Below are positions 18,483 to 28,666 of a stretch of 64,000 nucleotides of DNA, piece by piece. Origin of the DNA: Patescibacteria group bacterium (GTDB lineage Bacteria > Omnitrophota > Gorgyraeia > Gygaellales > Profunditerraquicolaceae). A model generated the notes under the pieces. That model made no database searches and was not told where the DNA came from. It worked only from the letters and a program-made list of their open reading frames with translations. The stretch spans positions 22,662 to 86,661 of the forward strand of contig DATJPV010000030.1 in the NCBI GenBank assembly GCA_035506195.1, read 5' to 3'. The position numbers and the translations under genes are program-made. Position 1 is the stretch's first letter; each line of letters begins with the position of its first letter.

Positions 18483-19741
18483 TCTTTTTCTCTCCAGATG
18501 CGCGCACCCAGCATTTCCAGTTTCTCTTCGATGTTTTCATAACCGCGTTCCAGATGATAGATCCTGGATATGGCGGTTTTGCCTTTGGCGACCAGGCCGG
18601 CCAGCACAAGCGAAGCCGAAGCGCGCAGGTCGGAAGCCATCACCGGAGCGCCCGAGAGACACTTGACGCCCTCGACAATGGCATGGGGACCTTCCCGCTG
18701 GATATGCGCGCCCATACGGTTAAGCTCGGCCACGTGCATAAATCTGTCCGGATAAATTTTTTCGGTAATAACGCTGATGCCCGGGGTAACGGTCATCAGG
18801 CTCATCACCTGCGCCTGCATATCGGTAGGAAATCCCGGGTACGGCAAGGTTGTCACGTTGATGGGGGTCAACTGCCGCCTGACCTTTACCCGCAGCGCGC
18901 CGTCGGTCCGGTCGATCACGGCCCCGGCCTCCTGAAGCTTATCGATCACTGCACCGATATGGTGAGGCAGCACGTTTTTCACGGTAATATCCCCCCTGGT
19001 AATCAGGGCAGCGACAAGAAAGGTGCCGGCTTCGATCCTGTCGGGGATGATCCGGTGATCGGCCCCGTGTAGGGCCTTAACTCCTTCTATCTCGATGACG
19101 GGAGTGCCGTGGCCCTTAATCTTGGCGCCCATCTTATTCAGGAACTCCGCCAGGTCAGCCACCTCCGGCTCGCAGGCCGCTGCTTCGATGACGGTCTTAC
19201 CCCTGGCCATTACCGCCGACATCATGACGTTATCCGTCGCCAGGACCGAAGACCCATAGACCCCGCCTAAATACATATGGCTGCCTTTCAGGCGCTTCGC
19301 CTGAGCAATCACATATCCGGATTCGATGTTGACCTCCGCGCCCAGGGCTTTGATCCCCTTAAGGTGCAAGTCCACCGGCCGCACGCCGATAATGCAGCCG
19401 CCGGGCAGAGAAACCTTGGCCTTTTTAAACCGGCCTAAAAGCGGCCCCAATACGCAGAAAGACGCCCGCATCGTAGAAACAAGTTTATAATCGGCTACGC
19501 AGCTAACCGCACCCGCAGAGACCACCTTCACCAACCCCTTGTCAAACTCCGCGGCCTTGCCCAGCTGGCGCAGGATCTTGAGCATGGTATTGACATCCCG
19601 CAGGTTCGGCACTCCCCTGATAGTACACGGTTCATCCGTCAGCAGCGTTGCCGCCAAAATAGGCAGGACTGCATTCTTTGCCCCTGAAATGACCACCTCG
19701 CCCTTAAGCCGGGCATTACCTTCTACGACAAGTTTATCCAT
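18479..19741 (-). CDS. murA: UDP-N-acetylglucosamine 1-carboxyvinyltransferase
   Basis: [50 protein letters not shown]. Confidence 0.97.
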   Translation of the reverse strand: MDKLVVEGNARLKGEVVISGAKNAVLPILAATLLTDEPCTIRGVPNLRDVNTMLKILRQLGKAAEFDKGLVKVVSAGAVSCVADYKLVSTMRASFCVLGPLLGRFKKAKVSLPGGCIIGVRPVDLHLKGIKALGAEVNIESGYVIAQAKRLKGSHMYLGGVYGSSVLATDNVMMSAVMARGKTVIEAAACEPEVADLAEFLNKMGAKIKGHGTPVIEIEGVKALHGADHRIIPDRIEAGTFLVAALITRGDITVKNVLPHHIGAVIDKLQEAGAVIDRTDGALRVKVRRQLTPINVTTLPYPGFPTDMQAQVMSLMTVTPGISVITEKIYPDRFMHVAELNRMGAHIQREGPHAIVEGVKCLSGAPVMASDLRASASLVLAGLVAKGKTAISRIYHLERGYENIEEKLEMLGARIWREKE

Positions 19742-20537
19742 GGTTTTTATTTCTCTTCGTTATGATGATCCTGTCAATTCCGTTGTAATCTTTAACGATA
19801 TCTATTATCTCAAATTTCCCCGATTTTAGAAAAATTTTTTTAATTGGGCATGCCTGGCCAAGACCCATCTCCATTGCCAGCAGTCCCCCGGCCTTCAGGT
19901 ATCGCCAAGACTCCGCGCTAAGCCTGCGATAATAATCAAGGCCGTCTTTGCCGCCATCTAAGCTGATCCGCGGCTGTACCCTGGCTTCCGGCTCAAGCCC
20001 TCCGATATCCTCCGACCGGATATAAGGAGGATTACTGACGATAAGGTCAAAACTTTCTTCCCCGAGCCCGCAGACAGCGTACATATCGCCCTGCCGAAAA
20101 TCGATCGACACGTTATGAAGCCTGGCATTCTCTTCGGCTACCGCAAGCGCCTGCGCCGATACGTCCGCGGCCAAGATGTATGCGCCCGGCAAAAGCTCAG
20201 CCAGCGACACCGCAATACAGCCGGAACCCGTACCCATGTCCATGATACGCACGGGCCTGGCGCTAACGTCAAGCCCTTTGACCAGCCCCGCCGCCGTCTC
20301 AACCAATATCTCGGTTTCCGGGCGAGGCACCAGGACGTTCTCGGTCACTTTGAATTCCAGCCCCATGAATTCGCTTTTGCCCAGAATATACTGCAGCGGC
20401 TGGCCGCTCAGGCGCCTTTTAAGGATGCCCGCAAGCACCCCTGCCCTTTGCGCATCCAGGCGCCTGTGTTTGTGCATATACAAAGAAAGCCTGTCGCACT
20501 GCAATAGCTCGGTCAATACCAATTCCGCTTCGTTCAT
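19734..20537 (-). CDS. prmC: Release factor glutamine methyltransferase
   Basis: PLQYILG, LVPRPETE, DMGTGSG, SNPPY; follows prfA. Confidence 0.95.
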   Translation of the reverse strand: MNEAELVLTELLQCDRLSLYMHKHRRLDAQRAGVLAGILKRRLSGQPLQYILGKSEFMGLEFKVTENVLVPRPETEILVETAAGLVKGLDVSARPVRIMDMGTGSGCIAVSLAELLPGAYILAADVSAQALAVAEENARLHNVSIDFRQGDMYAVCGLGEESFDLIVSNPPYIRSEDIGGLEPEARVQPRISLDGGKDGLDYYRRLSAESWRYLKAGGLLAMEMGLGQACPIKKIFLKSGKFEIIDIVKDYNGIDRIIITKRNKNHG

Positions 20538-20543
20538 ATGCTG

Positions 20544-21620
20544 TTATGCCTTGTCCTCATCTACGCTACGGGCCTTTTCTTCCGATGCCTTGATCAACGC
20601 ATCGGATAGCTCATCCATATTGCCTTCCAGCACCGACTCCAGTTGATGCACGGTAAAATTAATACGGTGATCGGTAATTCTGCGGTCGGGGAAATTATAG
20701 GTGCGTATTTTTTCGCTGCGGTCGCCTGAGCCGATCTGGGATTTTCTGGCCTCGGTGATCTTTTTTGCCTCCTCCTGTTTCTTTGTGTCCAGGAGCCTTG
20801 CCCGTAAGATCCTCATTGCCTTATTCTTATTCTTCAACTGAGAGCGCTCATCCTGGCAGGTCACTACGGTGCCTGTAGGCAGATGGGTGATCCGCACCGC
20901 AGAGTCGGTCTTTTGCACGTTCTGGCCTCCGGCGCCGGAAGACCGATAGGTATCGATCTTTAAGTCCTTGGCATCGATGGAAAAATCAACCTCTTGCGGC
21001 TCCATTAATACCGCCACCGTTGCCGTGGAGGTATGGATGCGCCCCTGCGCTTCGGTTGCCGGGACCCGCTGGACGCGGTGCACCCCGCTTTCAAACTTCA
21101 GGCGTTTATAGGCTTCTTTCCCGCGAACGCTGAAAACTATTTCTTTAAAGCCGCCCAGGTCGGTATCGTGCGCAGACATGGATTCGACAGCCCAGTTCTT
21201 TTTCGCGGCGTACTTCACATACATCCGGTATAGATCGGCGGCAAACAATCCCGCCTCAAGGCCCCCGGTCCCCGGACGGATCTCGACAATCACATCCTTG
21301 TTCAGGTCCTTGTCTTCCCCTTTAAGGAGCCTGGCCAACCGCTCTTCTATGCCCGCCCTCTTAGACTCCAGGTCCTGGAGCTCTTTTTTGGCTAATTCCA
21401 TGAACTCCCGGTCATGTTTTTCCTTAAGTACCTGTGTTAGGTCGTGAAGCTCTTTAGAGACCCTTTTATGCTCGCGGTAAAGAGACACTACATCCGTAAT
21501 GCCGGCGAGCTCTTTGGCGTACTGATTATACTGTTCTTTGCTGGAGACGATCTCGGGAGAAGCCAGAAAATGCTCCAGCTCGGAATAGCGTTTTTCCAGT
21601 TTTTGCAGTTGCTCAAACAT
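20544..21620 (-). CDS. prfA: Peptide chain release factor 1
   Basis: ESGVHRVQRVPAT (PxT motif), GAGGQ, QDERSQ, RTYNFP. Confidence 0.97.
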   Translation of the reverse strand: MFEQLQKLEKRYSELEHFLASPEIVSSKEQYNQYAKELAGITDVVSLYREHKRVSKELHDLTQVLKEKHDREFMELAKKELQDLESKRAGIEERLARLLKGEDKDLNKDVIVEIRPGTGGLEAGLFAADLYRMYVKYAAKKNWAVESMSAHDTDLGGFKEIVFSVRGKEAYKRLKFESGVHRVQRVPATEAQGRIHTSTATVAVLMEPQEVDFSIDAKDLKIDTYRSSGAGGQNVQKTDSAVRITHLPTGTVVTCQDERSQLKNKNKAMRILRARLLDTKKQEEAKKITEARKSQIGSGDRSEKIRTYNFPDRRITDHRINFTVHQLESVLEGNMDELSDALIKASEEKARSVDEDKA

Positions 21621-21626
21621 GTCGGG

Positions 21627-21827
21627 TTATTTCTTCGCGTATTTCTTCATGAACTTATCCACCCGGCCGGCGGAATCTACGAATTTTTGTTTACCGGTAA
21701 AAAACGGATGGCACCTGGAACAGACTTCAACGCGGATGTTCGGTTTAGTCGAACGGGTGTGTATGGTATTACCGCAGGCGCAGACTATCACGCACTCCTG
21801 GTATTTTGGATGGATCTTGTCTTTCAT
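21627..21827 (-). CDS. rpmE: 50S ribosomal protein L31 (Zn-binding type)
   Basis: [25 protein letters not shown]. Confidence 0.97.
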   Translation of the reverse strand: MKDKIHPKYQECVIVCACGNTIHTRSTKPNIRVEVCSRCHPFFTGKQKFVDSAGRVDKFMKKYAKK

Positions 21828-21854
21828 TTCTTCCTCTCCTGTTATGACGTTAGT

Positions 21855-23111
21855 TTACTGGTTCATGCTCTTGAGAAACTCTTCGTTATTCTTGGTCTTG
21901 GATAACTTTTCGATCAGAAGCTCCATGGCCTCGACGTTGCTCAATTCATTGAGCACCTTCCTGAGGATCCAGGCCCTTTGCAATATTTCCTGCTTCAAGA
22001 GCAGCTCTTCGTGCCTGGTATTGGAACGCTTGATGTCGATCGCCGGATATATCCTTCTCTGGAACAGGTTGCGGTCCAGCTGCAATTCCATGTTACCGGT
22101 GCCCTTGAATTCTTCAAAGATGACTTCATCCATGCGGCTGCCGGTATCAACCAGGGCAGTCGCAATGATGGTAAGGCTCCCGCCTTCTTCGATGGCCCGG
22201 GCTGCGCCGAAAAAGCGCTTGGGTTTCTGCAGGGCATTGGAGTCTATGCCGCCGGAAAGCACCTTGCCGCTATGAGGCACTACCGAGTTGTAGGCGCGGG
22301 CCAGGCGCGTGATGCTGTCTAAAAGAACAACGACGTCCTTCTTGTGCTCAACCAGCCTCTTGGCTTTTTCCAGGACGATCTCGGCGATCTGGACGTGCCT
22401 CTCCGGAGGCTCATCAAAGGTCGAAGAAATAACCTCCCCTTTGACGTGCCGTTGCATATCCGTGACCTCTTCCGGGCGCTCGTCAATAAGCAGGACGATC
22501 AAAATGACATCCGGATGGTTGGCCATGATGGCATTGGCGATCTTCTGCAGAAGCACGGTTTTACCGCTATAGGGCTGGGCAACGATCAAACCGCGCTGCC
22601 CCTTGCCTATCGGCGCCAAGAGGTCCATGATGCGCATCGAAACATCCCCCTGGTCGTATTCCAGGACGAAGTGCTCCCGGGGATAGACGGGCGTGAGGTT
22701 ATCAAACAGCACCTTTTCTTTCGCCTGCTCCGGGTTCTCGAAGTTTACCGCCTCTACCTTCAGCAACGCGAAATATTTTTCGCCTTCTTTGGGAGGCCGG
22801 ATCTCTCCGGAGACCGTATCGCCGGTACGCAGGTCAAACTTCCTTATCTGCGACGGCGAGATGTAAATGTCGTCGGGGCAAGGCAGGTAATTATAATTCG
22901 GGGACCGCAAGAACCCGAATCCTTCCGGCAGTATCTCCAGGATCCCCTCCCCGAACATCAGGCCCTCCTTCTCCGCCTGCGCCTGCAGTATCTTAAAAAT
23001 GAGGTCCTGCTTCTTCAGGGCGCTGAAGCCGTTGACGGTCAACTCCTTGGCCAGCTTGTTTAACTCGGTGATCTTCATTTCCTTTAGATTTCTTATATCG
23101 AGCTTTTCCAC
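21855..23111 (-). CDS. rho: Transcription termination factor Rho
   Basis: [54 protein letters not shown]. Confidence 0.97.
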   Translation of the reverse strand: MEKLDIRNLKEMKITELNKLAKELTVNGFSALKKQDLIFKILQAQAEKEGLMFGEGILEILPEGFGFLRSPNYNYLPCPDDIYISPSQIRKFDLRTGDTVSGEIRPPKEGEKYFALLKVEAVNFENPEQAKEKVLFDNLTPVYPREHFVLEYDQGDVSMRIMDLLAPIGKGQRGLIVAQPYSGKTVLLQKIANAIMANHPDVILIVLLIDERPEEVTDMQRHVKGEVISSTFDEPPERHVQIAEIVLEKAKRLVEHKKDVVVLLDSITRLARAYNSVVPHSGKVLSGGIDSNALQKPKRFFGAARAIEEGGSLTIIATALVDTGSRMDEVIFEEFKGTGNMELQLDRNLFQRRIYPAIDIKRSNTRHEELLLKQEILQRAWILRKVLNELSNVEAMELLIEKLSKTKNNEEFLKSMNQ

Positions 23112-23713
23112 AACTTCCTCCTTATTGCATATACCTGTTTCTTCGTTTGATTGATACTGCCGTTGTTATCTATTACAAAATCCGCCATACGGACTTTATT
23201 GGCCAGGGGCATCTGGGCCCTTATGCGCCTGAGGATATCCGCCCTGCTCAGGCCAGTCTTTTTCGTAAGCCTGGCCACCTGGAGCTTGCGGCTGGCGCAG
23301 ACAACTACCACGGCGTCAACAAGGCTTGCGGCGCCGGCTTCAATGAGCAAAGGCACATCAAGAACAATCTCCCTGCGCCGGGATTCCTTTATTTCTTTTC
23401 TGATCCTGCGGATCACTTCAGGATGAATAATGCCGTTAAGCCGGCGCAACAGGGCTTTGTTGCCGAAAACGATCCCGGCTAATGCGCCACGGTCGATCTG
23501 GCGATCCTTTTGCAGGAGGCGCGCGCCGAAGACACGCAGTACCCGGGCATACGTCGGAGTGCCGGGCCTAAGCAGGCCATGCGCGATCCTATCGGCATCG
23601 ATGACCCGGGCCCCTGCAGCACGGAATACCCCGGCAACGGTGGTCTTACCGCTGCCGAAACTGCCCGTAATCCCGATCACTAACTTTCTTTTCTTGCCTG
23701 CCCTTGCGCTCAT
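23093..23713 (-). CDS. coaE: Dephospho-CoA kinase
   Basis: [40 protein letters not shown]. Start set at ATG 23713. Confidence 0.93.
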   Translation of the reverse strand: MSARAGKKRKLVIGITGSFGSGKTTVAGVFRAAGARVIDADRIAHGLLRPGTPTYARVLRVFGARLLQKDRQIDRGALAGIVFGNKALLRRLNGIIHPEVIRRIRKEIKESRRREIVLDVPLLIEAGAASLVDAVVVVCASRKLQVARLTKKTGLSRADILRRIRAQMPLANKVRMADFVIDNNGSINQTKKQVYAIRRKLWKSSI

Positions 23714-23714
23714 G

Positions 23715-25106
23715 CTACTGCAAAGAACCCGCTTTCTTATAAAGATCGATATACTGCGCCCCTGATTCCTTCCAGGAAAAGTTACACTGCATGGCTTTCT
23801 GCTGCAGCGCAAGCCACCTTTTCTTATCCTTGAACCCCGCGATTGCCTTCTTAATAGTGCTCATGAGCTCATCTCTGGTGTAACGGTCGAATACGTAACC
23901 GTTATCCGCGGTTACCGTATCGGCCAAGCCGCCGGTCTTAAACACCAGCGGCAGCGTCGCGTAACGCAGGCTGATCATCTGCCCCAGGCCGCATGGCTCG
24001 TATTTGGAAGGCATGAGGAATACGTCCGAGCCGGCGTAGATCTTATGCGCCAGCGTGTCGTCGAATTTCAGGTGTAACGAGAGCTTCCGGGGGTATTTTT
24101 TGGCAAGGCCTTCTAGGAGCGTGTGGTATTTGAGGTCACCGGTGCCCAGGATCACCAGCTGCACGTCCATCCTGCACAAAGACGGCATGGCCTCGGCAAG
24201 GATATCGAACCCCTTTTGCTCGGCAAGCCGCGATACGATGCCCAGCAGCGGGACCTCTCTTTCCAGGGGAAGCTTACAGAGCTTCTGAAGGTCCTCCTTG
24301 TTGCCGGCCTTGTTGGCAACGGTGCGCAGCGAAAAGTTCTTGGCGATACAGGCGTCGGTCTCCGGATTCCAAATGGAATAATCCAGGCCGTTTAATATAC
24401 CGAATAACGCGTCCCGGCGCTTGATCAACGCCCCCTCCAGCCCAAAACCGAATTCCTTGGTCTGGATCTCCTGGCTATAGGTGCGGCTGACGGTATTGAT
24501 GACATCAGAAAACACGATCCCGCCCTTCAACAGGTTTACCCTCCCGAAGAATTCCAGCATTTCCATATTGAAGATACTCCAGTCGAGCCCCAACTTGGCA
24601 AATTCATCCTTCGCAAACAAGCCTTGATAACCGATGTTATGGATAGTCAGGACGGTCTTGATATCCTTGTAAAAACCCTTGCCGGCATAGAGCGCCTTCA
24701 GGTATATCGGGATCAACGATGCCTGCCAATCGTGCACATGTATGATATCGGGTTTAAAATTGATGTCTTTAAGCAGGCCCAGGGTCTTGCGACAATAAAA
24801 GGAGAAACGGTCAAGGTTATCCGGGTAATCCCCGGTTTTATCCCCGTATAAGTTATCCCGGTTAAAATATTTTTCATTCTCGATAAAATAGACCTTTACG
24901 CCTTTGCCGATTACCGCGCAAGAAACGCCTTCTTGCAACCGCGTAATTTTCGTTTTCGCGTTCTGTACCGACTTATAACCGGGCATCACTACGATCACTT
25001 CCTGGCCCAACTCTGCCAGGGCCAGCGGTAAAGCGCCGGTCACGTCTGCCAAGCCGCCGGTCTTCGCAAAAGGCACCACCTCCGAAGCGCACATCGCTAT
25101 TCTCAT
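23715..25106 (-). CDS. glgA: Glycogen synthase (GT5)
   Basis: PFAKTGGLADV, HVHDWQ, TIHNIGYQG, GILNGLD, MPSKYEPCGLGQM, TGGLADTV. Confidence 0.96.
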   Translation of the reverse strand: MRIAMCASEVVPFAKTGGLADVTGALPLALAELGQEVIVVMPGYKSVQNAKTKITRLQEGVSCAVIGKGVKVYFIENEKYFNRDNLYGDKTGDYPDNLDRFSFYCRKTLGLLKDINFKPDIIHVHDWQASLIPIYLKALYAGKGFYKDIKTVLTIHNIGYQGLFAKDEFAKLGLDWSIFNMEMLEFFGRVNLLKGGIVFSDVINTVSRTYSQEIQTKEFGFGLEGALIKRRDALFGILNGLDYSIWNPETDACIAKNFSLRTVANKAGNKEDLQKLCKLPLEREVPLLGIVSRLAEQKGFDILAEAMPSLCRMDVQLVILGTGDLKYHTLLEGLAKKYPRKLSLHLKFDDTLAHKIYAGSDVFLMPSKYEPCGLGQMISLRYATLPLVFKTGGLADTVTADNGYVFDRYTRDELMSTIKKAIAGFKDKKRWLALQQKAMQCNFSWKESGAQYIDLYKKAGSLQ

Positions 25107-25145
25107 CTGCCCTCCTTGAGCACCTTAAGTTTTGGTTTAGCGAAA

Positions 25146-25221
25146 CTCCGACGAGCGTCCTGAAATTGCCCGTCCCCGTAAGGGGACCGTAGGGAATTTC
25201 AGGACAGGTTGCGAGTCGGAG
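25146..25221. repeat. Nested inverted repeat / long hairpin (REP- or MITE-like) overlapping the polA 3' end
   Basis: CTCCGAC(25146-52)/GTCGGAG(25215-21); GTCCTGAAATT(25157-67)/AATTTCAGGAC(25195-205); GTCCCC-GTAA-GGGGAC(25172-87). Confidence 0.75.
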
Positions 25222-27763
25222 ATACTTCCGCCATCTCCAGCCAATTCTTGCCTTTTTTTATGCTCACCTTGATCGGCACGCGCAAGACCAATACGGTCTC
25301 CATGCCTTGACGGATCAATTCCGTGCATTCGTCTGCGCTGTCCGCAGCCACATCGAAAACCAGCTCATCGTGGATCTGTAGGATCATCCGGGCCGGTAGT
25401 CCCTTCTCTTTGATTTGCCGGTGCAGGCGGACCATCGCCATCTTTATCAGGTCGCTGGCAGAACCTTGTATGGGGGTATTAATGGCCTGGCGCTGCGCAA
25501 ACTGGCGTATTGCCTGATTCTTGTTGTTGATATCAGGCAGATATCTCCTCCTGCCGGATATGGTAGTTACAAAACCGTCTTTTTCCGCCCTGGCGACCTG
25601 GGTTTGCATATACTCTTTTACCCCCGGATAGCGCAAGAAATAGGCGTCGATGAATTCACCGGCCTGCTCCACCGGTATCCCCAGGTCACGGGAAAGGCCA
25701 AAAGGCGTAAGGCCGTAACTGATCCCGAAATTTACCCGCTTGGCGACTTCGCGCATAGCGTCGGTAACGGCTTTTTCTTCTACCCCATAGATCAGGGCCG
25801 CGGTGGCCTTATGGATGTCCTTATCTGCCTCAAACGCCGCGATAAGCGCGGGGTCTTCGGAAAAATGCGCCAAGACCCTTAATTCAATCTGCGAATAGTC
25901 GCAGGCTAAAAGATAATCCTGGGGCCGGGATACGATAATAGCCTGCCGGATCTTCCTGCCGATATCGGTCTTGACGGGTATGTTCTGCAGGTTCGGATTG
26001 GTAGAGCTAAGCCTGCCGGTCTCGGTCGCCGTCTGATTAAAACAGGTATGGACTCGACCGGTGCCGGGATCTACCAGGGCAGGCAATGCATCGATATAGG
26101 TATTTTTGAGCTTCATCAGCTGGCGGTATTCCAAAAGGAGTGCCGGTAAGGCATGCCTGCCGGCAAGGGCATGCAGCACCTCTTCATCGGTAGAGGGCCC
26201 GGTCTTGGTCCTTTTGATCACCGGCAGCTTCAGTTTTTCAAAGAGGACCTCGCGGAGCTGTTTGGGCGAATTGATATTGAACTCGCAGCCGCTGAGGCCG
26301 TAGATCTGCTGAATAAGCTGCCCCAGCCGCTCCTCTACCTCCGCCGAAAGGCGGGCAAGCAGTTTGGTATCCAGGCATATGCCATTAAGCTCCATTTCCG
26401 CCAATACCTCGACTAAGGGCATCTCGACATCGCCAAACAACTCCGTCAGCGACCTTTCGCGCAGCTGTTCCTCTAACTTTGGCTTCAGCTTCAGGATCAG
26501 CTCCAGGGCACGGCGGCTTTCTATGGCCGTGCCGGAAGCCACTTCTCCCAGGTGCTCCCAGGCGATATCGCCAAGGCCATAGCCCGGCCGGGAAGAATGT
26601 ACCAGGTAGTCGGCGATCATCACGTCAAAATCAAGGCCGGCCAGCATAATGTCTTTCCTGGCAAGCCGCACCTTGAGCTTTTTGAGATCGTGGCCGACTT
26701 TTTTTATCCGCGGGTCGGCTAATATACGCTGTGCCTGGGTGCCCAGGTTTTTCAGGGCAAAGAATGCATCGCCTGCATGAAAGGCAAGGTCCTGCGCATC
26801 CTGCCCGTATAAAACCATCTCCCTGGACGAAGAGCACATATCCGGTAGACCCTCATCGGCGACGCATGCAAGATGCGTTGACGCAGGGGCCCCCTCGACG
26901 GCCTCCATCGGCAGCTCCTTAAGCAGCTTCTTGAATTCAAATGTCTTGAATAACTTGAACAATGCCGCATAATCGGGCTCGGCCAGTTTTAGCGCGTCGG
27001 GGTCAAAATCCACCGCCGCATCCGCATCCAGCATCGTAAGTTCCTTGTTGAGCTTGACCCGGTCGCGGCACTCCTCCAAAGAAGCCCGCAGTTTATCCTG
27101 TTTGACCTGATCAAGGCCGGATAATAATTTTTCAAGCGACCCGAATTGTTTGATCAAACCGACTGCCGTTTTTTCGCCGATACCGGGCACCCCGGGGATA
27201 TTATCGACGGCATCGCCCATCAAAGCCAGGATGTCGGTAATCTGCTCGGGCCCCGTCCCGAAACGTTCCCGCACCTTTTGCGCATCATAGACCACCCCGT
27301 CATCCTTGTAGGGGCTGAAAACCACGGTCCGGGCGCCGACGAGTTGCAGCATATCTTTATCCGAACTGACAATGGTCACCTGAAACCCCTCCGAGCCGGC
27401 CTTCTTGTTCATCGCGGCGATGAGGTCATCCGCTTCATAACCGGCCTTCTCAAAAATGGGTATGCCGTAGGCGCTGACGACCTGCTTGATCAAAGGAATC
27501 TGCCCGGTGAGCCCCTCGGGCATAGGCGGACGGTTGATCTTGTATTCCGTAAACTTTTTTTGCCGGAAGGTCTGGCGGGACACGTCGAAACAGACCCCCA
27601 GATACTCCGGATGCTGCTCTTTCAGGAGCTTGTTGAGCATGACCGTAAAACCGTATATGGCGTTGGTGGGTTGGCCGGATGAAGTCGCCAGCCCCGGTAA
27701 CGCATAGAATGCCCTGTAACAAAACGCAGTGGCATCTATTAAATATAAGCGCTTCTCACTCAT
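25199..27763 (-). CDS. polA: DNA polymerase I
   Basis: 5'-3' exonuclease motifs (LID, YRAFYA, YEADD, SSDKD, GDAVDNIPGVPGIGEKTA); polymerase motifs TGRLSSTNPNLQNIP, DYSQIELR, AKRVNFG, LQIHDEL. Confidence 0.97.
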   Translation of the reverse strand: MSEKRLYLIDATAFCYRAFYALPGLATSSGQPTNAIYGFTVMLNKLLKEQHPEYLGVCFDVSRQTFRQKKFTEYKINRPPMPEGLTGQIPLIKQVVSAYGIPIFEKAGYEADDLIAAMNKKAGSEGFQVTIVSSDKDMLQLVGARTVVFSPYKDDGVVYDAQKVRERFGTGPEQITDILALMGDAVDNIPGVPGIGEKTAVGLIKQFGSLEKLLSGLDQVKQDKLRASLEECRDRVKLNKELTMLDADAAVDFDPDALKLAEPDYAALFKLFKTFEFKKLLKELPMEAVEGAPASTHLACVADEGLPDMCSSSREMVLYGQDAQDLAFHAGDAFFALKNLGTQAQRILADPRIKKVGHDLKKLKVRLARKDIMLAGLDFDVMIADYLVHSSRPGYGLGDIAWEHLGEVASGTAIESRRALELILKLKPKLEEQLRERSLTELFGDVEMPLVEVLAEMELNGICLDTKLLARLSAEVEERLGQLIQQIYGLSGCEFNINSPKQLREVLFEKLKLPVIKRTKTGPSTDEEVLHALAGRHALPALLLEYRQLMKLKNTYIDALPALVDPGTGRVHTCFNQTATETGRLSSTNPNLQNIPVKTDIGRKIRQAIIVSRPQDYLLACDYSQIELRVLAHFSEDPALIAAFEADKDIHKATAALIYGVEEKAVTDAMREVAKRVNFGISYGLTPFGLSRDLGIPVEQAGEFIDAYFLRYPGVKEYMQTQVARAEKDGFVTTISGRRRYLPDINNKNQAIRQFAQRQAINTPIQGSASDLIKMAMVRLHRQIKEKGLPARMILQIHDELVFDVAADSADECTELIRQGMETVLVLRVPIKVSIKKGKNWLEMAEVSPTRNLS

Positions 27764-27806
27764 GCGTTGCTCTAATTAGACATGGGATTCAATGTGTGGA
27801 AGGGGA

Positions 27807-28619
27807 TTACTTCAACAGCAACATCGTCTGCAGTTTGTCTATAAAATCGGTAATGTTCTTATTCTCGGGGTCCAGCAAAGAGGCGTCGACCGCTTTCTTC
27901 AGGGCCTCTTCGTAGTTGCCCGCCTCGTACTCGACATGCGCCTGCCAGAACAAATCTTTAGCTCGCTGAAGAGTAGGATCTTTCTTGACGATCGCGGGTT
28001 TTGACCGGGTGACTTTTTCATACTCCGCCTCTTTAATGGCGGTTTTGCGGGCAGTGGTCTGGCTCATAAAATCAAGGACTTCCTGCTCATGCCTGTTCAA
28101 CCCGCTGTCTCCTAACACCATCCGGACGTCTTCGAAGCGCTGCTTGGCCTTAGCCGTCCATGGATCGGCAGGATCCCCCAATGCCGCCCTCTTGCCCCAA
28201 TAGAACGCCGCCATCACCAAATCGCGCTTGCCCTCGCACAACAAGGCCAGATTCGCGTAAGGGCTTGCGTACATCGGGTCGATCTGCGTGGCCCTCAAGT
28301 AGCACTGTTCGGCGCGGTCGGTCAGGCCCTTGGCTTCGTAGATCACTCCCAAGTCATTATAGGCAACGGCGTATACCGGATCGACCTCGAGGGCCTTCTG
28401 GTAAAAAACCATTGCTTCATCCAATTTACCGATACGCTGAAATTGCGCCCCTTGGGCGCGATATGTCCTGGCTTGTTGCTGCAAAGGAGTCAATTGTTCC
28501 CCTGAAGCCGCAACTGCAGGATTTTTTGCAGCGGTTTGTTGGGCAAAAACTCCACTCATAATTCCGAGAACAAAGAACGCGGTGCGGAATATATGTTTCA
28601 GGTGGGAGGTAATTACCAT
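27807..28619 (-). CDS. Exported tetratricopeptide-repeat protein
   Basis: N-terminal signal-like segment (FFVLGIMSGVFA); TPR units such as YQKALEVDPVYAVAYNDLGVIY. Confidence 0.85.
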   Translation of the reverse strand: MVITSHLKHIFRTAFFVLGIMSGVFAQQTAAKNPAVAASGEQLTPLQQQARTYRAQGAQFQRIGKLDEAMVFYQKALEVDPVYAVAYNDLGVIYEAKGLTDRAEQCYLRATQIDPMYASPYANLALLCEGKRDLVMAAFYWGKRAALGDPADPWTAKAKQRFEDVRMVLGDSGLNRHEQEVLDFMSQTTARKTAIKEAEYEKVTRSKPAIVKKDPTLQRAKDLFWQAHVEYEAGNYEEALKKAVDASLLDPENKNITDFIDKLQTMLLLK

Positions 28620-28630
28620 TTGTGTAATAT

Positions 28631-28658
28631 ATTATACTTCTTAAATTTACAACGTCAA
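28631..28658 (-). promoter_or_regulatory. Sigma70 promoter for the TPR gene and polA onward
   Basis: TTGACG-16-TATAAT, with the -10 only 11 nt upstream of the ATG. Confidence 0.65.
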
Positions 28659-28666
28659 GAAAAAAA

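Noticed and set aside
25137-25328. 63-aa minus-strand ORF spanning the hairpin element
   Set aside because: Overlaps polA out of frame, has no SD, and its tail is simply a translation of the inverted repeat.
27771-27780. Perfect palindrome TCTAATTAGA just upstream of polA
   Set aside because: Only 10 bp, AT-rich, with no second copy noticed; compatible with chance.
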